DNA of 64,000 nucleotides from Candidatus Planktophila sp. (GCA_044233285.1 JBIIKH010000001.1:54972-118971); one strand, 5' to 3'; shown: positions 1-9,513, numbered from the stretch's first letter. Program-made: numbers and translations. Notes: a model not told the origin generated them from the sequence alone.

Positions 1-345
1 GACATGACTAACCAGGGTGACATCGCACCCAGTGCTCGACGCTCTATGAGAGATGGATTCTGGGTTGGCGCACTCAACCCCAAAGGACTTGTCTTCTATG
101 CAGCTGTATTGCCTCAGTTCATTGATCGAGAACGTGGACAGGTCACAGGCCAGTTAATTCTTCTTGGGGCAATCTTTTCAATTCTGGCATTCTTTTCAGA
201 TGGCACTTGGGGACTTTTAGCAGGAACTGCGCGGCAATGGCTGGCCACTGACTCCAAACGTTTGGAAAGACTTCGCGCAACCGGTGGCACCATCATGATC
301 ATTCTTGGAATATCTGTTTTGGTTGCTGCAATTGTCAGTGCCTAA
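1..345 (+). CDS. LysE/RhtB family amino-acid exporter (5' end outside window)
   Basis: 'GFWVGALNPKGLVFYAAVLPQF' LysE motif and hydrophobic helices; the frame is open to the window edge. Confidence 0.9.
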   Translation, partial: DMTNQGDIAPSARRSMRDGFWVGALNPKGLVFYAAVLPQFIDRERGQVTGQLILLGAIFSILAFFSDGTWGLLAGTARQWLATDSKRLERLRATGGTIMIILGISVLVAAIVSA

Positions 346-354
346 GTACACAAT
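332..354 (+). promoter_or_regulatory. RecA-NDp / PafBC-type DNA-damage promoter (leaderless) for the nuclease gene
   Basis: TTGTCAGTG (332-340), 8 nt, CACAAT (349-354), 7 nt, ATG at 362. Same architecture as upstream of recA. Confidence 0.75.
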
Positions 355-361
355 TACTTCC

Positions 362-1039
362 ATGATCAAACCCCCTAAGCCAGCCCGTGAAAACATCTCA
401 CCATCAGATTTAACATTTGGCCTATCCTCATGCAAGCGGTGCTTATGGATTAAGTACTGGTTCAAGGTAACAATGCCAGGACAATTCCCGTTGGTCGGCA
501 CTATGTCTAACCTTCAAGAGGAACATTTTCAAGGCGCAGACATGCCCACCATTGATGCATCCCTGCGACCAGGAAAGGTCACCAAGTGGGGTGAATTCGT
601 AAAGAGCAAACCATTGGTAGTTAACGGGGTTGAAACTCGTTGGCGCATTTTTGGAAAGTATGACCTTGTGGCAACAAATGAGGATGGAACGATCGGATTA
701 ATTGATTGCAAAGTCTCAGATAGTCAGCGTGATAGTGGGCAGTTTTACTCCCCTCAGCTCGAAGCCTATGCATTGTGTCTTGAAAATCCTGCAGTAGGTA
801 AAGCACAAACAGTTGCATCCATGGGATTGCTTGTGTGGAAACTAGCCTCAGCTGTTGGCACATCGGTTGAAGATTATGGATTTGGCGTCTTCCAGAAATA
901 TGTCCCTGTGGAGCGCGATCAAGCGAACTTTCTAAAAGTTATTGGCGAGTTAATTACAGTACTTGAAGGTGAGCTTCCTGATGCTGGCCCAGAATGCCAA
1001 ACTTGCAACTACTTAATTGCAAGAAACGCTTTGGATTAA
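362..1039 (+). CDS. Stand-alone PD-(D/E)XK (RecB/Cas4-like) nuclease with N- and C-terminal CxxC
   Basis: 'ISPSDL..CKRC', 'GKYDLV', 'LIDCK', 'QLEAY' (QxxxY), 'CQTC'. Start moved from 305 to ATG 362 (no overlap, promoter fit). Confidence 0.8.
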   Translation: MIKPPKPARENISPSDLTFGLSSCKRCLWIKYWFKVTMPGQFPLVGTMSNLQEEHFQGADMPTIDASLRPGKVTKWGEFVKSKPLVVNGVETRWRIFGKYDLVATNEDGTIGLIDCKVSDSQRDSGQFYSPQLEAYALCLENPAVGKAQTVASMGLLVWKLASAVGTSVEDYGFGVFQKYVPVERDQANFLKVIGELITVLEGELPDAGPECQTCNYLIARNALD

Positions 1040-1731
1040 TCCTCGTCATCTTGCACGAGGCTTCGCTTTGATTTTTTAGGGGCGTAAATGTCAACGTACT
1101 CCTGATCTGACAATGCATGAATCGCATTCATAATCTGATCGGTGACATCTCGCAGGTACTGTAGATCGGTTGAATCACCATCAAAAAACATAGGTTTGCC
1201 AAACTTCATACCAACGCGCTGAACATTAGGAATGACCTTTCCAGTTGGTTGGATTTTGTCGGTGTTAGACATCGCCACAGGGACCACAGGTGCGCCCGAT
1301 TCAATGGCTAGACGGGCAATTCCAGTTCGACCCTTATACAAACGACCATCTGGTGACCGAGTTCCCTCGGGATAGATACCGATGCAATCTCCATCAGCCA
1401 AAACTTTAAGTCCGGTGATCAAAGCTGCCTCACTGCGACGACCTCCAGAACGGTCAACCGGTACCTGACCCAATGCGATAAAAGTTAATTTCTTGACAAA
1501 GCCCTTGGGTCCAGGTGATGTGAAGTACTCACTCTTGGCTAAGAATGTAACTTTGCGAGGAACTACTAAGGGCATGAAAATTGAATCGCTGAAGGACAAA
1601 TGGTTGGAAGCGATGATGACTGGACCTTTAGCTGGAACATTGCGAAGACCTCGGACCTTGGGGCGAAATGCGAGCATCAAAAACGGGGTGAGAAATGCTC
1701 GCAAGGTTCCGTAGGGCAGATTGTTCAGCAC
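1036..1731 (-). CDS. plsC: 1-acyl-sn-glycerol-3-phosphate acyltransferase
   Basis: NHLSFSD (HX4D) and YPEGTRS motifs. Confidence 0.9.
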   Translation of the reverse strand: MLNNLPYGTLRAFLTPFLMLAFRPKVRGLRNVPAKGPVIIASNHLSFSDSIFMPLVVPRKVTFLAKSEYFTSPGPKGFVKKLTFIALGQVPVDRSGGRRSEAALITGLKVLADGDCIGIYPEGTRSPDGRLYKGRTGIARLAIESGAPVVPVAMSNTDKIQPTGKVIPNVQRVGMKFGKPMFFDGDSTDLQYLRDVTDQIMNAIHALSDQEYVDIYAPKKSKRSLVQDDED

Positions 1732-1775
1732 GACCCTAATTTAGTGGTTATTGACGGCTATGACACTATCTGAGG

Positions 1776-2039
1776 GTGAGTAATGGTCAAAAAGAGCCTG
1801 AGGATTTCGACGAGGAAGAATTAATCCGTTCCGAGTTCGAATCCATAGTCTCTGGTCTGTCCCTGGATGAATCTGCACCGACAACCTACCTAGATAATCT
1901 CGACAGAATCGACAATGACAATTTCGTGCACCCTAATCCCCCGCGCCAAACACCACGAGGTTTTTTCGCCTCTGCCAAACGCGCAATCAATCGATGGTTC
2001 AATCGTGATCATCACGAAGATGATGGTGCAACCATATGA
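1776..2039 (+). CDS. Hypothetical protein (conserved actinobacterial type, shortened)
   Basis: 87 aa, acidic; 'FESIV', 'FVHPNPP' and C-terminal 'DDGATI'; ATGA overlap with the next gene. Confidence 0.65.
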   Translation: MSNGQKEPEDFDEEELIRSEFESIVSGLSLDESAPTTYLDNLDRIDNDNFVHPNPPRQTPRGFFASAKRAINRWFNRDHHEDDGATI

Positions 2040-3016
2040 GTAATTTCAATTGGGGAATTTTAGGCCCCGGTGGAATTGCGCGCGCTTTTGCTAAGGACAT
2101 CCAATTACTTGATGGGCATACAGTGGCTGCAGTTGGATCTCGCACTCTTGGCAATGCTCAGAATTTTGCAAAAACATTTGGTGGGGTCGCCTACGGAAGT
2201 TATCAAGAACTTGTTGAAGATCCACTCATTGATGGGATCTATGTAGCAACGCCACATCCTTGGCATAAAGAAAATGTCATCGCTGCGCTTAACGCAGGTA
2301 AACCAGTTTTATGTGAAAAACCATTTGCCGTAAATGCACGCGAGGCCCAGGAAATGGTTAATGCCGCGCAGGCAAATAACCTTGCACTCATGGAAGCAAT
2401 GTGGTCCAGGTTTCTTCCCCACTACAAACAGGTTCGAGAAATCATTGCAAGTGGAGTTTTAGGCAAGATTCTTTCTGTCCATGCTGATCATGGACAGCGA
2501 TTGGCTGATCAGAATATTCCTCGTTTAGTGGAGCCATCACTTGCTGGAGGGGCACTATTAGATCTTGGGATTTATCCAGTTTCATTTGCACATATGATTT
2601 TGGGTAATCCCACAAAGATAACTACTAGCGGAGTACTCACTGATAAAGGAGTTGATGCACAAACATTAATGATTTTTGATTATGCAGATGGAGCTCAAGC
2701 GGTCTTAACTACAACAATGATGGAGCAAACCCCATGTCGCGCTGTGGTTGCTGGCGTCAATGGCTGGTTAGAGATTGATAGAGTTTTTTACAGCCCAACA
2801 AGCATGAGAGTGAACTTCTTTGATGGCTCGGTCACCCAATACCCAAATACCTACAAAGGCCATGGAATACGAGAAGAAGCTGAAGTATTTAGACAATTAG
2901 TTCGTTCAGGAAAGCAGCAAAGCGAATTGCTAAACTGGAACGATACCGTTGACATCATGAAAACGCTTGACACTGTTCGCTCTCACATTGGGTTGCGATA
3001 CCCGTTCGAGAATTAA
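2036..3016 (+). CDS. Gfo/Idh/MocA family oxidoreductase
   Basis: 'WGILGPGGIA' Rossmann fold, 'VLCEKP', 'GGALLDLGIYP'. Confidence 0.9.
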   Translation: MSNFNWGILGPGGIARAFAKDIQLLDGHTVAAVGSRTLGNAQNFAKTFGGVAYGSYQELVEDPLIDGIYVATPHPWHKENVIAALNAGKPVLCEKPFAVNAREAQEMVNAAQANNLALMEAMWSRFLPHYKQVREIIASGVLGKILSVHADHGQRLADQNIPRLVEPSLAGGALLDLGIYPVSFAHMILGNPTKITTSGVLTDKGVDAQTLMIFDYADGAQAVLTTTMMEQTPCRAVVAGVNGWLEIDRVFYSPTSMRVNFFDGSVTQYPNTYKGHGIREEAEVFRQLVRSGKQQSELLNWNDTVDIMKTLDTVRSHIGLRYPFEN

Positions 3017-3957
3017 ACTCGAGCTAAATCTGCAACACCAACCAGTCCAGCTTCATTTCCTAATTCAGCTGCAATCAAGGTTGGATATGGGTGTTTGCCG
3101 GCAAATGGCATAGTTCTTTCAAGGGACTCACGGGTTGGCTTTAACAAAATTTCACCTGCATCAATTACTCCTCCACCTATGACAACACATGAAGGATCCA
3201 ACAAAACTGACAAAGATGCTATGCCGGCACCAAGCCATTGGCCTGTTGTATTAAAGGCTGCGAGTGCAACTGGATCACCATCTCGTGCCGCCTCAGTGAT
3301 TGCCTGTCCTGTTAAACCGGCAATAGTTCCATCGCCTCGAGATAAAAGGTTTCGTGCTATTTCAGGGCTTGCACTGATTGCTTCGCGAGCATGTCGTAAC
3401 AGAGCGTTTCCTGATGCATATTGCTCGAAACATCCGCGGGCACCGCAACCGCAGAGATGACCATCTGGTACTACTCGTAGATGCCCAAATTCAGCAGCAA
3501 TTCCAAAAGCTCCTCGGTATAACTCACCGTTAACAACAATTCCCCCACCAATGCCAGTACCTACTGTCAACATCATCATGTGATTTTGGTTTCGGCCTGC
3601 CCCAAACTTTGCCTCGCCCCAGGCTGCTGCATTTGCATCATTTTCAATTACTACAGGCAGACCAATGAGGGCGGTGAGTTCAGAATCTAAATTAACGCCA
3701 TTCCAATCGGCAATGTTGGGCGTTGCAAGCATTGTCTTTCGATCTGATGAAACGAATCCTGCAGCAGATACACCTATTGAAGTTACTGAATATGATGACA
3801 TTAATTCAAGGGCGGTGTCTGCAATAGTTTGAGTTAAAAAACGTCCACCTTGACGTGGAGTGTCTTTACGCGCAGTTGCTAAAATTTTTCCATTCTCGTC
3901 AACTACGCCACCCAAAACTTTAGTGCCACCTACGTCGATGCCAATCGTGTACGACAT
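3013..3957 (-). CDS. glk: ROK family glucokinase
   Basis: 'IGIDVGGTK', 'ENDANAAA', 'EFGH', 'CGCGARGCFEQY'. Confidence 0.92.
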   Translation of the reverse strand: MSYTIGIDVGGTKVLGGVVDENGKILATARKDTPRQGGRFLTQTIADTALELMSSYSVTSIGVSAAGFVSSDRKTMLATPNIADWNGVNLDSELTALIGLPVVIENDANAAAWGEAKFGAGRNQNHMMMLTVGTGIGGGIVVNGELYRGAFGIAAEFGHLRVVPDGHLCGCGARGCFEQYASGNALLRHAREAISASPEIARNLLSRGDGTIAGLTGQAITEAARDGDPVALAAFNTTGQWLGAGIASLSVLLDPSCVVIGGGVIDAGEILLKPTRESLERTMPFAGKHPYPTLIAAELGNEAGLVGVADLARV

Positions 3958-3961
3958 TAAA

Positions 3962-4399
3962 CTATTCCTCTAAATGGGTTTTGAGTTGAGTCAACGCTGC
4001 ATCAATCGTTGCCTTCTCTGCTTTCTGTCGCATCATTGCGGGTACTGGCATCGATAGGGAAACCTGTAGTTGGTATGTAACTTCAGTTGTGTCCTCATCA
4101 AGGCTTTTGATGGAATAAACACCATCCATGCCAGTTAATAGGTCAGCCTCATCTAGTGAAAAACTCAATGTGCCAGGAGCTGCGCTCCAGTCGTAATCTA
4201 ATGTTGGGCGATCTTTCATCATGCCTGCATCGATGCTCATCTTGACTTTGGTGATGCGTCCCTGGTCATCATGGGTGAGCGCTTCGGCGGACTTGATTTG
4301 GGTTGACCAGTCGGGGTACTTGTCTAGGGCAAAAAGCGCCTCTTGAACGGCGGCAATTGGGGCATCGATGGAAATAGTTGATTTGCTGAATTCGCTCAT
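3962..4399 (-). CDS. SRPBCC (START/polyketide cyclase-like) lipid-binding protein
   Basis: 'ISIDAPIAAV...YPDW' pattern; usual position between glk and fadD. Confidence 0.8.
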   Translation of the reverse strand: MSEFSKSTISIDAPIAAVQEALFALDKYPDWSTQIKSAEALTHDDQGRITKVKMSIDAGMMKDRPTLDYDWSAAPGTLSFSLDEADLLTGMDGVYSIKSLDEDTTEVTYQLQVSLSMPVPAMMRQKAEKATIDAALTQLKTHLEE

Positions 4400-4453
4400 G
4401 GCGCAAAGGTTACCCTCTTTACCTTTCCGCTTGGCTCACGCTAGCGTAGGGCT

Positions 4454-6244
4454 ATGAATGAAATCTCAATCCCTCCGCTAGTTCCCGCTGCAATAGCTGG
4501 AAATCTCACTAATCTGATCGCAGAACGCGCCTGGTTTGAACCAGAGCGCATCATGATGTCCCGCCCCTTGGGTGATGGATGGCAGCCAGTAACCGCACGC
4601 GAAGTCGAAGAAGAAATTCGCGCTACCGCTAAAGGGTTGATCGCATCGGGTGTGCAGATTGGTGATCGAGTCGCAATTATGGCGCGCACTCGCTATGAAT
4701 GGACGATTTTAGATTTTGCCATTTGGTTTGCTGGTGGAGTTGTAGTGCCTGTGTATGACACATCATCTGCCGAACAAATTGATTGGATTCTCAATGATTC
4801 ACACTCAGTTGGAATTATTGTTGAGACTCCAGCCCTCGCAGATCTCGTAAAGACAGTTCAGCCATCTCACACCAGAAACATGTGGACCATGACTGATGAT
4901 GTTCTCGCTGTTTTGCGTGAGGCCGGTAAGCACATCGGAGATGATGAGATAGATCGTCGACGCAATGCTCTGGTGCCATCAACTCTTGCCACCTTGATTT
5001 ACACATCAGGAACAACTGGAAAGCCAAAGGGCGTCCAATTAACTCACGGTAACTTCCTGTCTGAGTGTGGAAACGTAGTTCAAGGCGCTAGCGAACTATT
5101 TCTTAAGCCTGGCGGATCTACTTTGTTATTCCTTCCGATTGCGCACGTTTTCGGTCGCATGGTTGAAATCGGAGCAATAGCTTCTGGTTTACACATGGCA
5201 CATTGCAGTGATCCAGTAGGTCGTTTACCGATGGATCTTGCATCATTTAAGCCAACCTTCGTTCTGGCAGTTCCTCGCATCTTTGAAAAGATCTACAACG
5301 GAGCAGAAGCAAAAGCAGAAGCTGCAGGTAAGGGAAATATCTTCCGCAAAGCTGCTGCAGTTGCTATTGCATACTCTGAAGCCCTTGAAAAGCAGAAGGT
5401 TTCTCCCATGCTTAAACTCAAGCATGGCCTCTTCGACAAATTAGTCTTTAGCAAGATCCGCGCTGGAATGGGTGGGCGCGTAGAGGCGGCAATCTCAGGT
5501 GGTGCACCTCTTGGTGTGCGCCTTGGCCACTTCTATCGCGGAGCTGGCGTAACAGTGCTTGAAGGATATGGATTAACTGAAACAACTGCAGGAGCAACTC
5601 TGAATCTAATGGGTGCTCATCGTGTTGGTTCTGTCGGTAAGCCAATTCCAGGAACATCAATCAAGATTGCCGAAGATGGAGAAGTTCTCATTCGTGGACC
5701 GATCGTCATGCAGGGCTATTGGCAAAACGAGGAAGCAAACGCCGAAGTCTTTGATGCAGACCGATGGTTTAAAACTGGAGACCTTGGAAAACTAGATGAT
5801 GAAGGTTTCCTCTACATCGTTGGCCGTAAAAAAGAACTGATTGTGACCGCAGGTGGAAAAAACGTTGCTCCAGCTGTTCTTGAAGATCGCCTACGTGCAC
5901 ATCCATTAGTAAGTCAGTGCATAGTCGTTGGTGACAACCAACCATTCATTGCAGCTCTTGTCACAATTGATCAAGATGCTTTAAAGGGATGGGTTGCCAA
6001 TAACAAGAAAGATGGCGCATCCATTAACGAATTGATTAATGATCCAGATTTGATCGCAGTTGTTCAAACTGCTGTCGATGAGGCTAATAAGGCTGTAAGT
6101 AAAGCTGAGTCCATTCGTAAATTCACCATTCTTCCTGTGGACTTCACTATCGCCGGAGGTCATTTGACGGCAAAACTGTCAGTCAAGCGTCACGTAGTTG
6201 CAAAGGAGTTTGCGCAAGAGATCGATGCATTATTTGCTAAATGA
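4454..6244 (+). CDS. fadD: Long-chain fatty-acid--CoA ligase
   Basis: 'IYTSGTTGKPKG', 'EGYGLTET', 'WFKTGDLG', 'GRKKELI'. Confidence 0.92.
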   Translation: MNEISIPPLVPAAIAGNLTNLIAERAWFEPERIMMSRPLGDGWQPVTAREVEEEIRATAKGLIASGVQIGDRVAIMARTRYEWTILDFAIWFAGGVVVPVYDTSSAEQIDWILNDSHSVGIIVETPALADLVKTVQPSHTRNMWTMTDDVLAVLREAGKHIGDDEIDRRRNALVPSTLATLIYTSGTTGKPKGVQLTHGNFLSECGNVVQGASELFLKPGGSTLLFLPIAHVFGRMVEIGAIASGLHMAHCSDPVGRLPMDLASFKPTFVLAVPRIFEKIYNGAEAKAEAAGKGNIFRKAAAVAIAYSEALEKQKVSPMLKLKHGLFDKLVFSKIRAGMGGRVEAAISGGAPLGVRLGHFYRGAGVTVLEGYGLTETTAGATLNLMGAHRVGSVGKPIPGTSIKIAEDGEVLIRGPIVMQGYWQNEEANAEVFDADRWFKTGDLGKLDDEGFLYIVGRKKELIVTAGGKNVAPAVLEDRLRAHPLVSQCIVVGDNQPFIAALVTIDQDALKGWVANNKKDGASINELINDPDLIAVVQTAVDEANKAVSKAESIRKFTILPVDFTIAGGHLTAKLSVKRHVVAKEFAQEIDALFAK

Positions 6245-6714
6245 ACGACAGGCGGGTAATACTCGCTCAAGAACTTCATGATGGAATCGCCCAGGACCTT
6301 GTAGGCCTGGGCTTTTCCATTGATTCAATCATTGCCTCTAGCCAAGATGTACAGGTTCGGGATCCACTTCGCGCCGTGCGATTTACGATAACTGACTTAA
6401 TTGAAAAAGTTAGGTTAGAAATCCATCAACTTCGCAGTTCCGATGACTTGGTTTCCACTAATTCTGAAAATGACTCGACCTATGAACTACTGCGGGCGGT
6501 GTCAGAAATTCTCAGAAATGTTTCCGAGCATGCTCAAGCCTCACGACTAACAATCGAGATATCAGATAACGGGATTGGCGGAGCGCAGAGTAAGGAAGGC
6601 AGCTTTGGTCTGCTTGGCCTTAGCGAGCGAATCTCAAGACTCCATGGGGATATCCATATTGACTCCAGTGAAATAGGAACAAGGATAAGGATAGAAATCC
6701 CTTTAGAAAGGTAA
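6241..6714 (+). CDS. Minimal sensor-less histidine kinase (HisKA_3 + HATPase)
   Basis: H-box 'AQELHDGIAQ', N-box 'EILRNVSEHA', G1 'SDNGIG', G2 'FGLLGLSER'; no TM or sensor domain. Confidence 0.8.
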   Translation: MNDRRVILAQELHDGIAQDLVGLGFSIDSIIASSQDVQVRDPLRAVRFTITDLIEKVRLEIHQLRSSDDLVSTNSENDSTYELLRAVSEILRNVSEHAQASRLTIEISDNGIGGAQSKEGSFGLLGLSERISRLHGDIHIDSSEIGTRIRIEIPLER

Positions 6715-6716
6715 CA

Positions 6717-7316
6717 ATGAAGATTGTGATCGTCGATGACCACGCCGTTGTGCGTCATGGATTGCAGTTGGCCATTCAATCTCATGGACATAATGTTGTG
6801 GCGGTGGCAGCCTCCATTAAGGAGGCGCAGGCCTTTCTGGCACAGACTAACCCTGATGCAATTGTGGTTGATATCAATCTTCCAGATGGTTCCGGATTTG
6901 ATTTAGTGTCATGGGCACGCAAAGTCTCACCCAGTATTGCAATTGTAGTTCTCACTCTAAACGATGGCGCAGACTATGTAAGGGCAGCCAAGAGAGCAGG
7001 AGCTAATGCATTCATAGACAAAGGTGCTCCTTTGTCAGATCTACTTGCGGCCCTAGATTTCGCACTCGGCAGCAAATCTCAATTTTCTAGCAAAAATGTA
7101 TATCCAGTGGAAATTGATTCTGGTTTAAGTGCACGTGAAATAGATGTACTGCATTTAATTAACTGTGGATCGACAAATAGTGCAATTGCAACAAATCTAT
7201 TCATTTCAACCTCTACTGTGAAAACACATGTGTCCTCAATTTTAAGAAAATTAGAAGCAGAAAACCGAGTTCAGGCTTTAGTTATCGCGCGTGAGCGCGG
7301 ACTACTTGTAGAGTAA
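6717..7316 (+). CDS. NarL/LuxR family response regulator
   Basis: Receiver 'IVDDH..VVDINLPDGSG..IDK' plus LuxR HTH 'LSAREIDVL..STVKTHVSSILRKL'. Confidence 0.92.
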   Translation: MKIVIVDDHAVVRHGLQLAIQSHGHNVVAVAASIKEAQAFLAQTNPDAIVVDINLPDGSGFDLVSWARKVSPSIAIVVLTLNDGADYVRAAKRAGANAFIDKGAPLSDLLAALDFALGSKSQFSSKNVYPVEIDSGLSAREIDVLHLINCGSTNSAIATNLFISTSTVKTHVSSILRKLEAENRVQALVIARERGLLVE

Positions 7317-8453
7317 ATCCTCAAAGTCCTTCGACCATTTTTCCCAGCGCCAGTTTTCAAGAATCCATTGTCGGCCATACATTCCCATCTCATTTGCAGA
7401 AACAGAGTTTGATAGAAGTTCTATAGCCGCGGCTGCAATTTGCTTTTCATCTCTACCATTAACAACTAGACCAGTTTTATTGTGAATTACAGCATCCGGG
7501 ACTCCCCCAGAATTTCCGGCAAGGATTGGTAAACCACATGCTGTTGCTTCAAGATAAGCGCTACCGAGTCCCTCAACTTCTAGACCCATTAATCGTGAGC
7601 GACTGGGCATTGCAAAAATATCTCCAACGCACATATACATCGGAAGATCTTCAAACTCCACCCTGCCTTTAAAAGTTACTGCTTCTTCTAGATTATTTTT
7701 TTCAACTAATTTTTGAAGGTACTCACGATAGGGGCCATCTCCTATCAACAATAAATGAGCATTTGGAACGCTTTTGAGGATTTCAGGCATGGCCTGAATC
7801 AATTTATCCTGCCCCTTTCGATGAATTAAGCGCCCAACGCAGACCATTACTTTTTTGTCATCTAACCCCAATGTTTGTCGAAGCAGCGATGCATCGGTGG
7901 GCTTAAAGTGATCAAAATTAGTTCCAGGGGCAAGTTGCACCAGCGTGCGTTGCGCATCTGAACTTAACGCCTTTGAAATAGTAATTCTGGTGAACTCTCC
8001 CAAATGCGTCATCACATCAACGGTTGAACCAATCCGGCGCAGCAAGAGATTGAAGGGGAACACCTTTGCCCACCACACTTCATGCCCATGGGTTATCGCG
8101 ACAATTCGTGAAACCCCAGCGCGCTTGATGCTGGCTGACAAAAGGCCCAGGGGTGCTGCTGCCCCGAAGGCTACCGTTGTAATTGTTTCACTTTGAATAA
8201 TCTTTTTTAGTTCAGCTGCAACTCTTGGCGTTGGCAAAAGAACTTTGGAATGATCTCTGATTACCCGCACTCCGTAATTAGACAACCATTCAGCGTCATA
8301 GTGTTCTGCATTCTCTTGGAAGGAGGTATACACAATTGTTTGGCCGAAGGGACGATGTTGGAGTAAGCCAATAACCATAGTTTCAATGCCACCTGAACGT
8401 GGGCCAAAGTCGTTAGTTATAAACAGAAGTGGGCTAGAAACGGCGAGCTCCAA
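7302..8453 (-). CDS. pimB: GT4 glycosyltransferase, PimB-like phosphatidylinositol mannoside transferase
   Basis: 'ITNDFGPRSGGIE', 'THGHEVWW', 'VGRLIHRKGQD', 'EGLGSAYLEA'. Start uncertain; TTG 8453 chosen. Confidence 0.75.
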   Translation of the reverse strand: MELAVSSPLLFITNDFGPRSGGIETMVIGLLQHRPFGQTIVYTSFQENAEHYDAEWLSNYGVRVIRDHSKVLLPTPRVAAELKKIIQSETITTVAFGAAAPLGLLSASIKRAGVSRIVAITHGHEVWWAKVFPFNLLLRRIGSTVDVMTHLGEFTRITISKALSSDAQRTLVQLAPGTNFDHFKPTDASLLRQTLGLDDKKVMVCVGRLIHRKGQDKLIQAMPEILKSVPNAHLLLIGDGPYREYLQKLVEKNNLEEAVTFKGRVEFEDLPMYMCVGDIFAMPSRSRLMGLEVEGLGSAYLEATACGLPILAGNSGGVPDAVIHNKTGLVVNGRDEKQIAAAAIELLSNSVSANEMGMYGRQWILENWRWEKWSKDFEDLLYK

Positions 8454-9438
8454 CCAATGGTTTTCTACCAAGAGACGTACTCGAAGCTACTTTCACGCGA
8501 GAACCTGAACGAGGTGCATGCACCATCTTTCCTCCACCCAAATAGATTCCAACGTGAGAAACCGGACGACCAAAGAACAAAAGATCACCAGGTTTTAAGG
8601 CATTCAAGGCAACCTTCTTGCCTAAGCGAGATTGTGCAGCGGATGAGTGTGGCAGGGAAACACCTGCAGATTGAAATGCTCGCATAGTTAATCCGGAACA
8701 ATCCCAAGTCACGGTGCCGGCAGCGCCAAAGACGTAACGATCTCCAATCTGCTTCAAAGCATATTTAAGTGCAGTACCTGCACGACCAGAAACACCATTG
8801 GCACTTTTTGCTGCCTCTAATGAAGATTTTTGATCTGCGTTCTCTTCATCTTCTGTCAGTTTGGCCAAACGTTCACGTTCTGCCTTTGAGAGTTTAGACA
8901 AGAGTTTTTCTGCCTCTGCCAGCTTGCTTCGTGCTATTGCAGATTGCGCTGCCAACTTCTTTTCCGCCGCAGCAACTAAGGCAATCTTGTCGTTGACCGT
9001 TAAAGTCGTTGCATTCAAACGTTGCTGTGCAGCCTCAAATTTTCGAAGTTGTGTTGATTTTCTTCGTGTAATCGCATCGAGTGAACCCGCTGCGGAAAGA
9101 TATAGAGTTGGATCACTTGAAAACAGCAGTTCAAAGCTTTGACCAAAGCCCCCTGATTTATATTGCTCAATCGCAATCACTCCTAAAGAGCGCTGAAGCG
9201 TTGAGACTGTCTGCCCCTGAATCTCGGCTTTGGCCTTGATGCCATTTAAGGTTTTGGTGAGGGCAGCTAATTTGACCTTGGCCTCTTGAGCGCCCTCTGC
9301 TGCAGTTGTTGCTTCCTCTTCTAACTGACGCACCTTGGCTTGGACTTGTGCCAAGGTTTGGGCAGCATTGGCCGAAGTAGGCGCTAGTAGCCCAGCCACC
9401 ATTGCTAGAGCCACAACAATGCGTATTCGAAGGGACAT
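8434..9438 (-). CDS. Secreted NlpC/P60 peptidoglycan endopeptidase with coiled coil (RipC-like)
   Basis: Signal peptide, coiled coil, 'WDCSGL', 'PGDLLFF', 'SHVGIY', 'MVHAP'. Confidence 0.9.
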   Translation of the reverse strand: MSLRIRIVVALAMVAGLLAPTSANAAQTLAQVQAKVRQLEEEATTAAEGAQEAKVKLAALTKTLNGIKAKAEIQGQTVSTLQRSLGVIAIEQYKSGGFGQSFELLFSSDPTLYLSAAGSLDAITRRKSTQLRKFEAAQQRLNATTLTVNDKIALVAAAEKKLAAQSAIARSKLAEAEKLLSKLSKAERERLAKLTEDEENADQKSSLEAAKSANGVSGRAGTALKYALKQIGDRYVFGAAGTVTWDCSGLTMRAFQSAGVSLPHSSAAQSRLGKKVALNALKPGDLLFFGRPVSHVGIYLGGGKMVHAPRSGSRVKVASSTSLGRKPLVGARRF

Positions 9439-9513
9439 AGAGACAAGGCTAGCCGCGCCTGAGCACCTATCTCAACTTCATATCGCTCAAAAAGGCTGTG
9501 AATTCAGGGCGAA

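Noticed and set aside
305-361. N-terminal extension of the nuclease from the ORF track
   Set aside because: It overlaps LysE; the promoter and ATG at 362 explain the region better.
362-1039. CRISPR-Cas locus implied by the Cas4-like protein
   Set aside because: No cas1, cas2 or effector genes and no repeat-spacer array seen in the window.
1835-1844. GTTCGAATCC T-loop-like sequences (also inside recG) as tRNA or att sites
   Set aside because: Inside coding sequence with no cloverleaf and no integrase nearby.
4405-4426. AAAGGT-N10-ACCTTT as a second copy of the fadA operator
   Set aside because: Shared bases are mostly the TAACCT -10; the second TTAC half-site is not properly formed.
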